Source: Staphylococcus phage vB_SpsS_QT1. Taken from it: a stretch of 43,029 nt of DNA. The notes under the pieces are model-generated. The model made no database searches, was not told the origin of the DNA, and saw only the letters and a program-made list of their open reading frames with translations. Shown here one piece after another: positions 21,248 through 28,516 of the stretch; the stretch's first letter is position 1; each line of letters opens with the position of its first letter. The position numbers and the translations under genes were made by a program. The stretch lies in sequence record NC_048192.1. One strand, written 5' to 3'.

Positions 21248-21281
21248 GTCGGCGCTTATGCGTCGGCTTTTTATTTTAAGG
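21248..21281 (+). terminator. Terminator-like hairpin between tail module and lysis genes
   Basis: GTCGGCGC-TTAT-GCGTCGGC (two G-U pairs) followed by TTTTTATTTT. Confidence 0.4.
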
Positions 21282-21292
21282 AGGAATTAAAT

Positions 21293-21541
21293 ATGGAAGA
21301 TAAAATTAAACAATTTATCGCTTTAATCGGTGGCTTTGTAGGTGCTTTATATCTAGCGTTACAAGCTAGCGGAATTAGTGCTGAATGGATTAACCCACAA
21401 GCAGTCGACGCGTGGATTAACGTATTAAATACAGGCGTACCGCTCGCTTTAGTAGCGTATGGTGTGTGGAAGAACACATTTATTGTTAAAAAGTCAGCGC
21501 GTAAACAGGAAGAATATTTAAAACAGAAAGGATTGAAATAG
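21293..21541 (+). CDS. Holin
   Basis: 82 aa, two predicted TM helices and charged C-terminus; AAGGAGG RBS; directly upstream of endolysin. Confidence 0.7.
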   Translation: MEDKIKQFIALIGGFVGALYLALQASGISAEWINPQAVDAWINVLNTGVPLALVAYGVWKNTFIVKKSARKQEEYLKQKGLK

Positions 21542-21542
21542 C

Positions 21543-23003
21543 ATGTTAACAGCTATTGACTATCTTACTAAAAGAGGTTGGAAAATATCGTCTGATCCTC
21601 GCACATACGACGGCTATCCTAAAAACTATGGATACCGCAATTACATTGAAAATGGTATTAACTACGACGAATTTTGCGGTGGTTATCATAGAGCGTTTGA
21701 CGTGTATTCTAACGCAACAAATGACGTGCCTGCAGTAACTAGCGGAACGGTTATTGAAGCAAATGACTACGGTAATTTTGGTGGTACATTCGTCATTAGA
21801 GACGCTAACGATAACGATTGGATATATGGGCATCTACAACGTGGCTCAATGCGATTCGTTGTAGGCGACAAAGTCAATCAAGGTGACATTGTCGGTTCAC
21901 AAGGTAATAGCAACTATTACGACAATCCTATGTCCGCACATTTGCATATTCAATTACGACCTAAAGACGCACTGAAAGACGAAAAATCACAAGTATGTAG
22001 TGGTTTAGCTATGGAGAAGTACGACATTACTAACTTAAATAAAAAGCAAGATAAATCTAAAAATGGGAGCGTGAAAGAGTTGAAACATATCTATTCAAAC
22101 CATATTAAAGGTAACAAGATTACAGCACCAAAACCTAGTATTCAAGGTGTGGTCATCCACAATGATTATGGTAGTATGACACCTAGTCAATACTTACCAT
22201 GGTTATATGCACGTGAGAATAACGGTACACACGTTAACGGTTGGGCTAGTGTTTATGCAAATAGAAACGAAGTGCTTTGGTATCATCCGACAGACTACGT
22301 AGAGTGGCATTGTGGTAATCAATGGGCAAATGCTAACTTAATCGGATTTGAAGTGTGTGAAAGTTATCCAGGACGAATCTCAGACGCATTATTCTTAGAA
22401 AATGAAGAAGCGACATTAAAAGTAGCTGCGGACGTGATGAAGTCGTACGGATTACCAGTTAATCGCAACACTGTACGTCTGCATAACGAATTCTTTGGTA
22501 CTTCTTGTCCACATCGTTCATGGGAGTTGCATGTTGGTAAAGGAGCACCTTACACAACTGCAAATATTAATAGAATGAAAGACTACTTCATCAAACGCAT
22601 CAAACATTATTATGACGGTGGAAAGCTAGAAGTAAGCAAAGAAGCAACTATCAAACAATCTGACGTTAAGCAAGAAGTTAAAAAGCAAGAAGCTAAGCAA
22701 GTTGTTAAAGCGACAGATTGGAAACAAAATAAAGACGGTATTTGGTACAAAGCTGAACACGCTTCATTTACTGTGACAGCGCCAAAGGGAATCATCACAA
22801 GATATAAAGGACCTTGGACAGGTCACCCGCAAGCAGGCGTATTAAGAAAAGGTCAAACGATTAAATATGATGAAGTTCAAAAATTTGATGGTCACGTATG
22901 GGTTTCTTGGGAAACATTTGAGGGAGAAACCGTATATATGCCAGTACGTACTTGGGACGCTAAAACTGGTAAAGTTGGTAAGTTGTGGGGAACTATCAAA
23001 TAA
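21543..23003 (+). CDS. Endolysin: CHAP peptidase - amidase_2 (PGRP-type N-acetylmuramoyl-L-alanine amidase) - SH3b cell-wall binding
   Basis: 486 aa; N-terminal FCGGYHRAFDV and GHL motifs consistent with CHAP; central domain with His/Cys zinc-ligand pattern WHCGN and SCPHRSWELH; C-terminal SH3_5-like KATDWKQNKDGIWY...GKLWGTIK; Staphylococcus phage three-domain architecture. Confidence 0.85.
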   Translation: MLTAIDYLTKRGWKISSDPRTYDGYPKNYGYRNYIENGINYDEFCGGYHRAFDVYSNATNDVPAVTSGTVIEANDYGNFGGTFVIRDANDNDWIYGHLQRGSMRFVVGDKVNQGDIVGSQGNSNYYDNPMSAHLHIQLRPKDALKDEKSQVCSGLAMEKYDITNLNKKQDKSKNGSVKELKHIYSNHIKGNKITAPKPSIQGVVIHNDYGSMTPSQYLPWLYARENNGTHVNGWASVYANRNEVLWYHPTDYVEWHCGNQWANANLIGFEVCESYPGRISDALFLENEEATLKVAADVMKSYGLPVNRNTVRLHNEFFGTSCPHRSWELHVGKGAPYTTANINRMKDYFIKRIKHYYDGGKLEVSKEATIKQSDVKQEVKKQEAKQVVKATDWKQNKDGIWYKAEHASFTVTAPKGIITRYKGPWTGHPQAGVLRKGQTIKYDEVQKFDGHVWVSWETFEGETVYMPVRTWDAKTGKVGKLWGTIK

Positions 23004-23035
23004 AATGTGGTATAATAAACGTCCACGACACGAAA

Positions 23036-23066
23036 GGGTAGCTTATACGGCTACCCTGTTTTTTGT
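23036..23066 (+). terminator. Rho-independent terminator after endolysin
   Basis: GGGTAGC-ttatacg-GCTACCC followed by TGTTTTTTGTG. Confidence 0.65.
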
Positions 23067-23110
23067 GTTATAATACAGATAGATTACTGGTAACCAATCC
23101 GGCTTTATTT

Positions 23111-23146
23111 ACCGCCACCTATACTAGTTGAGGGTGGTGGTTTTTG
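23111..23146 (+). terminator. Second terminator hairpin
   Basis: ACCGCCACC...GGTGGTGGT 9-bp stem with one G-U pair, followed by TTTTTGTGTT. Confidence 0.5.
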
Positions 23147-23219
23147 TGTTCGTATTTATGTTTGGACTTTAAATCTTATTAATATATTTGTAAAATAAGT
23201 AGTGAAAGGGGGATTTAGA

Positions 23220-23534
23220 ATGGGTATATCATACAAAGGTATAGAATATGATAGAAATCTAAGTCAAGCTACAGAAATAGATCCGTATATTTTTTACACC
23301 AATTCTTTGGAAATGAGAACAAGTATCACAGATTTTATGATTAACTTCACACAGCACACGCCTAACGGTTTTGTTGAAAATAGGAATATAATGATGAATC
23401 CTAGTTTGGCAAAACAGTTAAGGAATGCACTTGATGAAGCAATCAATCAATATGAGGAGATTCACGGACCGATAAAAGATATTGATACTCTTCAAAACGA
23501 ATTTGACGAAGTGATTAAAGATGAGTCGAATTAA
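23220..23534 (+). CDS. Accessory (moron) protein, 104 aa, unknown function
   Basis: ATG 23220 six nt after GAAAGGGGGA; sits between lysis module and attP, where temperate staphylococcal phages carry accessory genes. Confidence 0.4.
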   Translation: MGISYKGIEYDRNLSQATEIDPYIFYTNSLEMRTSITDFMINFTQHTPNGFVENRNIMMNPSLAKQLRNALDEAINQYEEIHGPIKDIDTLQNEFDEVIKDESN

Positions 23535-23874
23535 TACCTATCCAATCAATAATCACCCCAAATTTACAGATAAAAAAGAGATAAACTCTTTACCGAGATA
23601 TTACAATTCTTATAATATCAGAAGTGTTGGGAATACTCTTATTTCGGAGGTGGATACAATGTCATTAGATTATATTACACGCCCTGAATTTGAACAGCAT
23701 CAAAAGCACATGGACACAAGATTCGATAATGTAGAGTTGAAAATTGATAACGCCGTAAAAAGTTTGAAAGAAGAAATAAACTTAGAAAAAGTCACATCAA
23801 AACGCTTTTGGATTGGTGTATCGATTCCAGCAATTATAAGTTTGATTAGTATTGTAATAAATTTGTTCTTTTAA
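23521..23874 (+). CDS. Tail-anchored coiled-coil membrane protein (XhlA-like architecture); start either 23521 or more likely ATG 23659 (5 nt after GGAGGTGG)
   Basis: C-terminal RFWIGVSIPAIISLISIVINLFF TM segment preceded by charged coiled coil, resembling the XhlA-like gene at 20867. Confidence 0.4.
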   Translation: MSRINTYPINNHPKFTDKKEINSLPRYYNSYNIRSVGNTLISEVDTMSLDYITRPEFEQHQKHMDTRFDNVELKIDNAVKSLKEEINLEKVTSKRFWIGVSIPAIISLISIVINLFF

Positions 23875-23903
23875 CCACACCCTAACCGGTGTGGTATTTT
23901 TTT
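23874..23903 (+). terminator. Rho-independent terminator
   Basis: CCACACC-ctaacc-GGTGTGG followed by TATTTTTTTA. Confidence 0.55.
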
Positions 23904-23936
23904 ATGCGTAAAATTAAAAAAAGATGAGGAAAAGGG

Positions 23937-23965
23937 TTGTTAATCACGATTAATCGTGATATAAT
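23937..23965 (+). promoter_or_regulatory. Sigma-A type promoter TTGTTA-17 bp-TATAAT whose spacer is a perfect 18-bp palindrome ATCACGATTAATCGTGAT (operator)
   Basis: -35 at 23937-23942, -10 at 23960-23965, palindrome 23943-23960 read directly. Confidence 0.5.
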
Positions 23966-23996
23966 ATATATAGAAAGTTGAAGGGAGGAAAAAAGA

Positions 23997-24092
23997 ATGC
24001 TAGAAACTTTCGAAAGAATAGCAAATATCGTCTTTACAGTAGCATCGACAATAGCGGTCATCAAAGCACTGAAAGACGATAATAAGAAATAA
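23997..24092 (+). CDS. 31-aa membrane peptide with charged tail, Fst/SprG-type toxin-like (MLETFERIANIVFTVASTIAVIKALKDDNKK)
   Basis: Hand-translated; AGGGAGG RBS 8 nt upstream; short polar N-terminus, single TM, KALKDDNKK tail. Confidence 0.4.
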   Translation: MLETFERIANIVFTVASTIAVIKALKDDNKK

Positions 24093-24146
24093 GGTTACGC
24101 CCCAAAAGGGGCAACCTTTCTAATTAAATTCTAGCATTTAAAAACT

Positions 24147-24278
24147 ATGAAAACAACTTCTATAATTTTAATAATACTACTATGGATTAATTTGTTTATT
24201 GGAAATTCATTCACAAGCACAGCATTAACTTTAGCAACAACTTTGGTCATTCTTAAACTATACAAAAAAGGTGATTAA
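24147..24278 (+). CDS. 43-aa hydrophobic two-TM peptide (MKTTSIILIILLWINLFIGNSFTSTALTLATTLVILKLYKKGD)
   Basis: Hand-translated ORF; no obvious SD sequence, so uncertain. Confidence 0.25.
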   Translation: MKTTSIILIILLWINLFIGNSFTSTALTLATTLVILKLYKKGD

Positions 24279-24279
24279 C

Positions 24280-24480
24280 TTGAATTTTGAAAACGTGAAG
24301 CAAGATATAAAAAAGTTATTCAAAGTACAAAATGGCAGTCAAATATCAAAAGCGACTGGTTTGCCATATCAAACTGTGCAAGATTTAAGAAATGAAAAAA
24401 CTAATTTAGATGATGCCAGACTCAGAACGATCGAAAAACTATACAACTACCAAAAACAACTAGAAAAAGAAAACGAATAA
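24280..24480 (+). CDS. Small helix-turn-helix DNA-binding protein (66-69 aa)
   Basis: TTG start 5 nt after AAAGGTGA (alternative GTG 24271); SQISKATGLPYQTVQDLRN resembles an HTH; coiled C-terminus. Confidence 0.45.
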   Translation: MNFENVKQDIKKLFKVQNGSQISKATGLPYQTVQDLRNEKTNLDDARLRTIEKLYNYQKQLEKENE

Positions 24481-24482
24481 GT

Positions 24483-24512
24483 TAACCCCGCCTGCAATAG
24501 GTGGGGTTTTAA
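24483..24512 (+). terminator. Rho-independent terminator
   Basis: AACCCCGCC-tgcaatag-GTGGGGTT followed by TTAAACGTTTTT. Confidence 0.55.
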
Positions 24513-24528
24513 ACGTTTTTAAAACGAG

Positions 24529-24773
24529 GAACGTCTCGGGGACGTTTTTCTATACTTTTAAGATTTCGGGGACGTTTTGAGGACGTTCAGCGTAAAATAC
24601 TACATTCAACGAAAACCAACCAAACACAACAAAACACCGTCATACCAACGTTTTAAGTCACGTGATACAACGGTGTACTAACGAAAAATAACCAAAATAC
24701 GGAAACGGAGGGTGTATGTGTATCCTGTAATAACCAAGGTTTCGGCATTTTGGGGACGTTTCGGGGACGTTGG
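24529..24773. repeat. Putative attP region with integrase arm-type repeats (GGGGACGTT x4 plus GAGGACGTT) flanking an A/C-rich core
   Basis: Repeats at 24537-24545, 24567-24575, 24577-24585, 24752-24760, 24763-24771; inverted AACGTC/GACGTT at 24529-24546; directly abuts the 3' end of the integrase gene. Confidence 0.45.
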
Positions 24774-25820
24774 TTACATACTTTTAATCAAGTTAATAGT
24801 TTTTTGTTTTTCTTCGACCTGAGTCTCTTCTAACAGATGAGAATATACTTCTAACGTTGTTTTGATATTAGCGTGACCAAGCCTTTTAGATATATAGTAA
24901 ATTGATACACCGCCATGCAATAGATAAGAGCAATGTGTGTGTCTTATTGCATGTAGAGTGAAATTTCCTAATTTATTTTCTAAACAGAATTTTTGAAGTA
25001 TTTTTGTTACTGCATTGTTTGTTATTAGAGAATAGCCTGTATTAAACAATTGTCTATTCATGTTAATTGGCATTTCAGTCATTGTTCTTTTTAAAACCTT
25101 CATGTCTTCACTCGGGACATCGACTATACGATCTGATGTTACTGTCTTTGTACCTCTTAAATGAATCGTGTTATTAATGAAATCTAAGTCATCAGTTGTT
25201 AATTTTTGAACTTCACCAAAACGAGCTCCTGTTATAACTAAAATGTAGATAAACAAATATGATTGAGTAGGGACATTTGCCACATAATTTTTCAATTTTT
25301 TATAATCTGCTATACTCATAAATTTGTCTTCTTCTGGCTGGCTAGGCTTTTTCCCTTTTACAATAGCTTTATAAGTAGGGTCTTTATAAATAAGCCCTTC
25401 TTGCATAGCGTCGGATAGCGCTGCTTTAAGACAATTGTGTATTTTTTTAACTGATTCTGTCGCATGATTATCACCATACCATTTTAAGAATTTTCGATAA
25501 AAAATTGTTGTGAAATTATTCAAAGTAATATCGTCTAGGTTTTCAGTATAGAGAAATTTCTTGAATTGTTTTATAGCATTAACGTATGTTTGATAAGCTT
25601 TGTCTGTAATTACGCCCTTTTTGTTGACTTCCATCCACTGTTCATAATAATCGATAAAAGAACTTTTATTGTTGATAATTATACCTTGCATTAGTTTATT
25701 TTTAGCTATTGTTTCAGCTTCAGTGGCTTCACGTTTGGTTTTAAAACCTTTCTTTTTATATCGTTTGCCTTCATAGCCGAAATCGTAATACCACTTATTA
25801 CCATATTTTCTAACACTCAT
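24774..25820 (-). CDS. int: Tyrosine integrase
   Basis: 348 aa; HAIRHTHCSYLL (HxxR) and C-terminal catalytic Tyr region LEVYSHLL; GAGGAG RBS on minus strand. Confidence 0.9.
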   Translation of the reverse strand: MSVRKYGNKWYYDFGYEGKRYKKKGFKTKREATEAETIAKNKLMQGIIINNKSSFIDYYEQWMEVNKKGVITDKAYQTYVNAIKQFKKFLYTENLDDITLNNFTTIFYRKFLKWYGDNHATESVKKIHNCLKAALSDAMQEGLIYKDPTYKAIVKGKKPSQPEEDKFMSIADYKKLKNYVANVPTQSYLFIYILVITGARFGEVQKLTTDDLDFINNTIHLRGTKTVTSDRIVDVPSEDMKVLKRTMTEMPINMNRQLFNTGYSLITNNAVTKILQKFCLENKLGNFTLHAIRHTHCSYLLHGGVSIYYISKRLGHANIKTTLEVYSHLLEETQVEEKQKTINLIKSM

Positions 25821-25877
25821 TTACACCACTCCTCAAAAAAGTAAAAAATAATAAGGGTAGGCGCGCTACCCTGAACG

Positions 25878-26531
25878 TTATTGAATATCTGATTTTTGTA
25901 TTTGCCACTTACCTTTCACTTGATTAAAGTTAGGCATAGCATTAAGTTCTAACGTATATTCTTCTGAGTCTGGTACATCGTAATAAATATATCCATCAGC
26001 GGTATTGTCTTTGTTAAGTTGATGAGAAAAAGTACCATTATCGTCGCCTGAACCGAACCATTCTTCAAAATTTTTGCCATTAACTTTAATCGAAAAATCA
26101 GCGTTATCTACTAACACTTGCTCGTCATTTTCATTTTTAAAACTTAAATTAACTTTTAAAGCAACACCATTGTCAGGTTTTGTCGCATATTCGCCTGATG
26201 TATCAGCGTATTCAACGCTATTCAATGTGTATGTTACGCCATCACCTTTGATAGAGTCCCCAACTTTAAAGGTTTTGTTAACATTTTCTTCACGCTCTTT
26301 TTGTTCTTCTTGAGTGCCATTCAATTCTTCATCAACACCTTTAAAAAATGCTCCAGTTAATGCAAATATCAATACTATACCAATAATTAAAAGAAGCAAA
26401 CAGCCACCGCAACCCCATAACCAACGCTTTTTACTTTTTGAAGACTGCTCTTTTTTGTATGCTTCAAATTGTTGTTGCTGTCTTGCTAGTAACTCTTCGT
26501 TACTAAGTTCTTTCTTTTCTGACATTTTCAT
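25878..26531 (-). CDS. Membrane-anchored protein with extracellular beta-rich domain (DUF4352-like), candidate superinfection-exclusion or lipoprotein-like factor
   Basis: 217 aa; cytoplasmic basic N-terminus, one TM with CGGC motif, Asp/Asn/Gly-rich ectodomain; located between int and repressor. Confidence 0.45.
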   Translation of the reverse strand: MKMSEKKELSNEELLARQQQQFEAYKKEQSSKSKKRWLWGCGGCLLLLIIGIVLIFALTGAFFKGVDEELNGTQEEQKEREENVNKTFKVGDSIKGDGVTYTLNSVEYADTSGEYATKPDNGVALKVNLSFKNENDEQVLVDNADFSIKVNGKNFEEWFGSGDDNGTFSHQLNKDNTADGYIYYDVPDSEEYTLELNAMPNFNQVKGKWQIQKSDIQ

Positions 26532-26576
26532 GTCCCCCTTAATAAGATTTTATATTAAACGCATAAAGCGGTTTAA

Positions 26577-27038
26577 TCATTTATTAAAAACTTTATATAC
26601 AATTAATGGTTCAAATTCAATGATGTAGTTGTTAAAATAGGTCCTCAAACCATATTTTTGCTTATAATGCTGGATTGTGTCTTGTACAAAATCTTTAGTA
26701 ACCTCAAAATATAACGCTAATTCATACATATTTTGTACACCATAATTAAAAGCGTTAATTAGACCCTGCAAAGTAATCACTGATTCATTTGCAAGGCGTC
26801 TTGCTTTTAATTCGAATTTACGGTTAAGCATGCTCGATTGGTCTAAAATATTTCCATACGTTATTTCACGGTGTGCTAGCTCCTCAGCTAACACTTCATG
26901 CTTTTTGTAATCCGAAATATTCTCTTTTATAAAAATCTTTCCATCCATATAGAAACCGGACTGAAATTCAGGTAATCTATTAGTTTCAATTATAGATATA
27001 TTGTCGTTTTGTTTTAGTAACTCCTCGTACTTCCCCAT
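26577..27038 (-). CDS. ImmA/IrrE-like metalloprotease-domain protein (anti-repressor protease candidate), non-canonical motif
   Basis: Start moved to internal Met (MGKYEEL) because AAAGGGTG RBS lies 6 nt upstream; HEVLAEELAH region resembles but does not perfectly match HExxH; immediately downstream of and co-oriented with the short HTH repressor. Confidence 0.45.
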   Translation of the reverse strand: MGKYEELLKQNDNISIIETNRLPEFQSGFYMDGKIFIKENISDYKKHEVLAEELAHREITYGNILDQSSMLNRKFELKARRLANESVITLQGLINAFNYGVQNMYELALYFEVTKDFVQDTIQHYKQKYGLRTYFNNYIIEFEPLIVYKVFNK

Positions 27039-27052
27039 GAAAACACCCTTTG

Positions 27053-27379
27053 TTATTTGTCTCTGTTGCGTACCCATTCAATGAAGCGGTTCACTTCGTC
27101 TATTTCTTCCGCAGTTAATCCATCCTTATCAAAATGTGCTGCCATCGTTTCTTGTTGTAAACTTTGTTTTTCAGTAATTCTAGATTTAGGAACATTGAAA
27201 TATTCGGCTAAATCTTGGATTTTTTTAATACGTGGATATTTTGTTTGTTTAAGCCAGTTAGATATAGTTGGTTGAGATACACCAATAGCTTCAGCTAATT
27301 CTTTTTGGTCAATGTTATGTTCTTTCATAAGACGTTTAAGATTATCTGATAAATTTTTTCTAACTTGGTTTTCTTCCAT
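27053..27379 (-). CDS. cI: CI-like repressor, XRE-family HTH only (no S24 peptidase domain)
   Basis: 108 aa; QKELAEAIGVSQPTISNWLK HTH; AAAGGAG RBS; divergent from cro. Confidence 0.8.
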   Translation of the reverse strand: MEENQVRKNLSDNLKRLMKEHNIDQKELAEAIGVSQPTISNWLKQTKYPRIKKIQDLAEYFNVPKSRITEKQSLQQETMAAHFDKDGLTAEEIDEVNRFIEWVRNRDK

Positions 27380-27541
27380 TTTCCTGCTCCTTTAATATTA
27401 CTTAATGTAATATTAACTTGCCATATTATATATTACTTCGCAACACTTTTTATAACTTTTTGTAAAAAAATATAACTTTTCTTGTTGACATGTAACAAAA
27501 AGTAATATAAAGTTATACCTGTGAAAGCGAGGTGAGCAAAA
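27380..27541. promoter_or_regulatory. Divergent cI/cro promoter-operator region with TATAACTTTT boxes and a consensus TTGACA -35
   Basis: TATAACTTTT at 27451-27460 and 27471-27480, inverted copy AAAGTTATA at 27507-27515, TTGACA at 27485-27490. Confidence 0.55.
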
Positions 27542-27733
27542 ATGCCGGAGCAATTGACTATTAAAAATTGGCGTCAAATTAGAGGGTTAACTCAACAAGA
27601 GGTGGCCGATATACTAGGCGTCACACACAAGACTATTGTGCATTGGGAAAAAGATACTACGAATCTAAGCAATGTTACAATTTATGCACTAGCCAAATTA
27701 TATGATATTGATTTGGACCATATAAAGGTCTAA
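27542..27733 (+). CDS. cro: Cro-like XRE-family HTH regulator
   Basis: 63 aa; LTQQEVADILGVTHKTIVHWEK HTH; GAGGTGA RBS. Confidence 0.75.
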   Translation: MPEQLTIKNWRQIRGLTQQEVADILGVTHKTIVHWEKDTTNLSNVTIYALAKLYDIDLDHIKV

Positions 27734-27747
27734 AATTTTTGGCCTTC

Positions 27748-27768
27748 ATATAACTTTTTATAACTTTT
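27748..27768. promoter_or_regulatory. Two abutting TATAACTTTT operator-like boxes downstream of cro, preceded by a weak hairpin
   Basis: Boxes at 27749-27758 and 27759-27768; hairpin AAGGTC...GGCCTT at 27725-27746. Confidence 0.45.
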
Positions 27769-27789
27769 TAGAATCAAGGAGGACAAACA

Positions 27790-28032
27790 ATGTTTAAAAG
27801 GAAAAAGAAAGAACCCTATAAATGTTACGTAGAAACAAACTTATCAGAACTCAAATTACTACTTAATAAATTAAAAAGTCTGTTTTCACAGACAGAAAAC
27901 AAACAGATCGAGCTAAAGAAGAAAATCAGCGAATACGAAAGTTTAGTTAAACAAACTGAAAATACTATTAAAGAAATCAACAAATTTAAACTCGAATCGA
28001 AAATAAGAGGAGAGAAAGAAAATGTCAACTAA
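27790..28032 (+). CDS. Hypothetical coiled-coil protein
   Basis: 80 aa, AAGGAGG RBS. Confidence 0.35.
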   Translation: MFKRKKKEPYKCYVETNLSELKLLLNKLKSLFSQTENKQIELKKKISEYESLVKQTENTIKEINKFKLESKIRGEKENVN

Positions 28033-28249
28033 AACATTTTGGTACATGGACGACCTTATAGAAGAGGTCGGGAGAGGCAGAAAGTGGATTAAAGATAACA
28101 TCTTAAATATTCCTAGATTTAAAAAGGAAATTGAAGAATTCTCGCACTATCCTATCAACAACAATGATGAATACATTTTTGTTGGTAGCAAAATGAAAAA
28201 ATGGCTCGAAGATAATTTCAAAGAAATCGAACGTTTCAAATATATGTAA
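28022..28249 (+). CDS. Hypothetical small protein, possible DNA-binding/excisionase-like
   Basis: 75 aa, AGGAGAG RBS; position in early operon; assignment speculative. Confidence 0.3.
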   Translation: MSTKTFWYMDDLIEEVGRGRKWIKDNILNIPRFKKEIEEFSHYPINNNDEYIFVGSKMKKWLEDNFKEIERFKYM

Positions 28250-28263
28250 AGGAGGTGATTAAT

Positions 28264-28452
28264 TTGAAAAATGTAATCGCTTTGTTCATGACAGTTGCCG
28301 TCGCATTCGTTCTAGGTACCCTACTTGCCTTTGCAGGCGTGTACTTTACCACAATCTTATTCGTGGTTACGCTCGCTGAAATCATCACATACTACGGAAC
28401 GACTTATCTGATTGAAGCATTAAAAAAGACTGAAACTTGCGCCAACAAGTAA
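28264..28452 (+). CDS. Small two-TM membrane protein
   Basis: TTG start after AGGAGGTGA (ORF track uses GTG 28255); hydrophobic. Confidence 0.35.
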   Translation: MKNVIALFMTVAVAFVLGTLLAFAGVYFTTILFVVTLAEIITYYGTTYLIEALKKTETCANK

Positions 28453-28516
28453 CAGTCAAAGCAATTAAAAAACAATTTATATCTTAAATATATAACTTAT
28501 TGGAGGTAATTACAAG

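Noticed and set aside
23882-24064. 60-aa minus-strand ORF overlapping the promoter and 31-aa peptide gene
   Set aside because: It has no RBS, and its start lies inside the terminator hairpin of the upstream gene. The plus-strand reading (strong promoter, strong RBS and peptide) explains the region better.
24513-24773. Possible tRNA or tRNA 3' fragment at attP
   Set aside because: I could not fold a cloverleaf or find a T-loop GTTC-like box with a CCA-proximal acceptor stem in this interval. The GGGGACGTT repeats are better explained as integrase arm sites.
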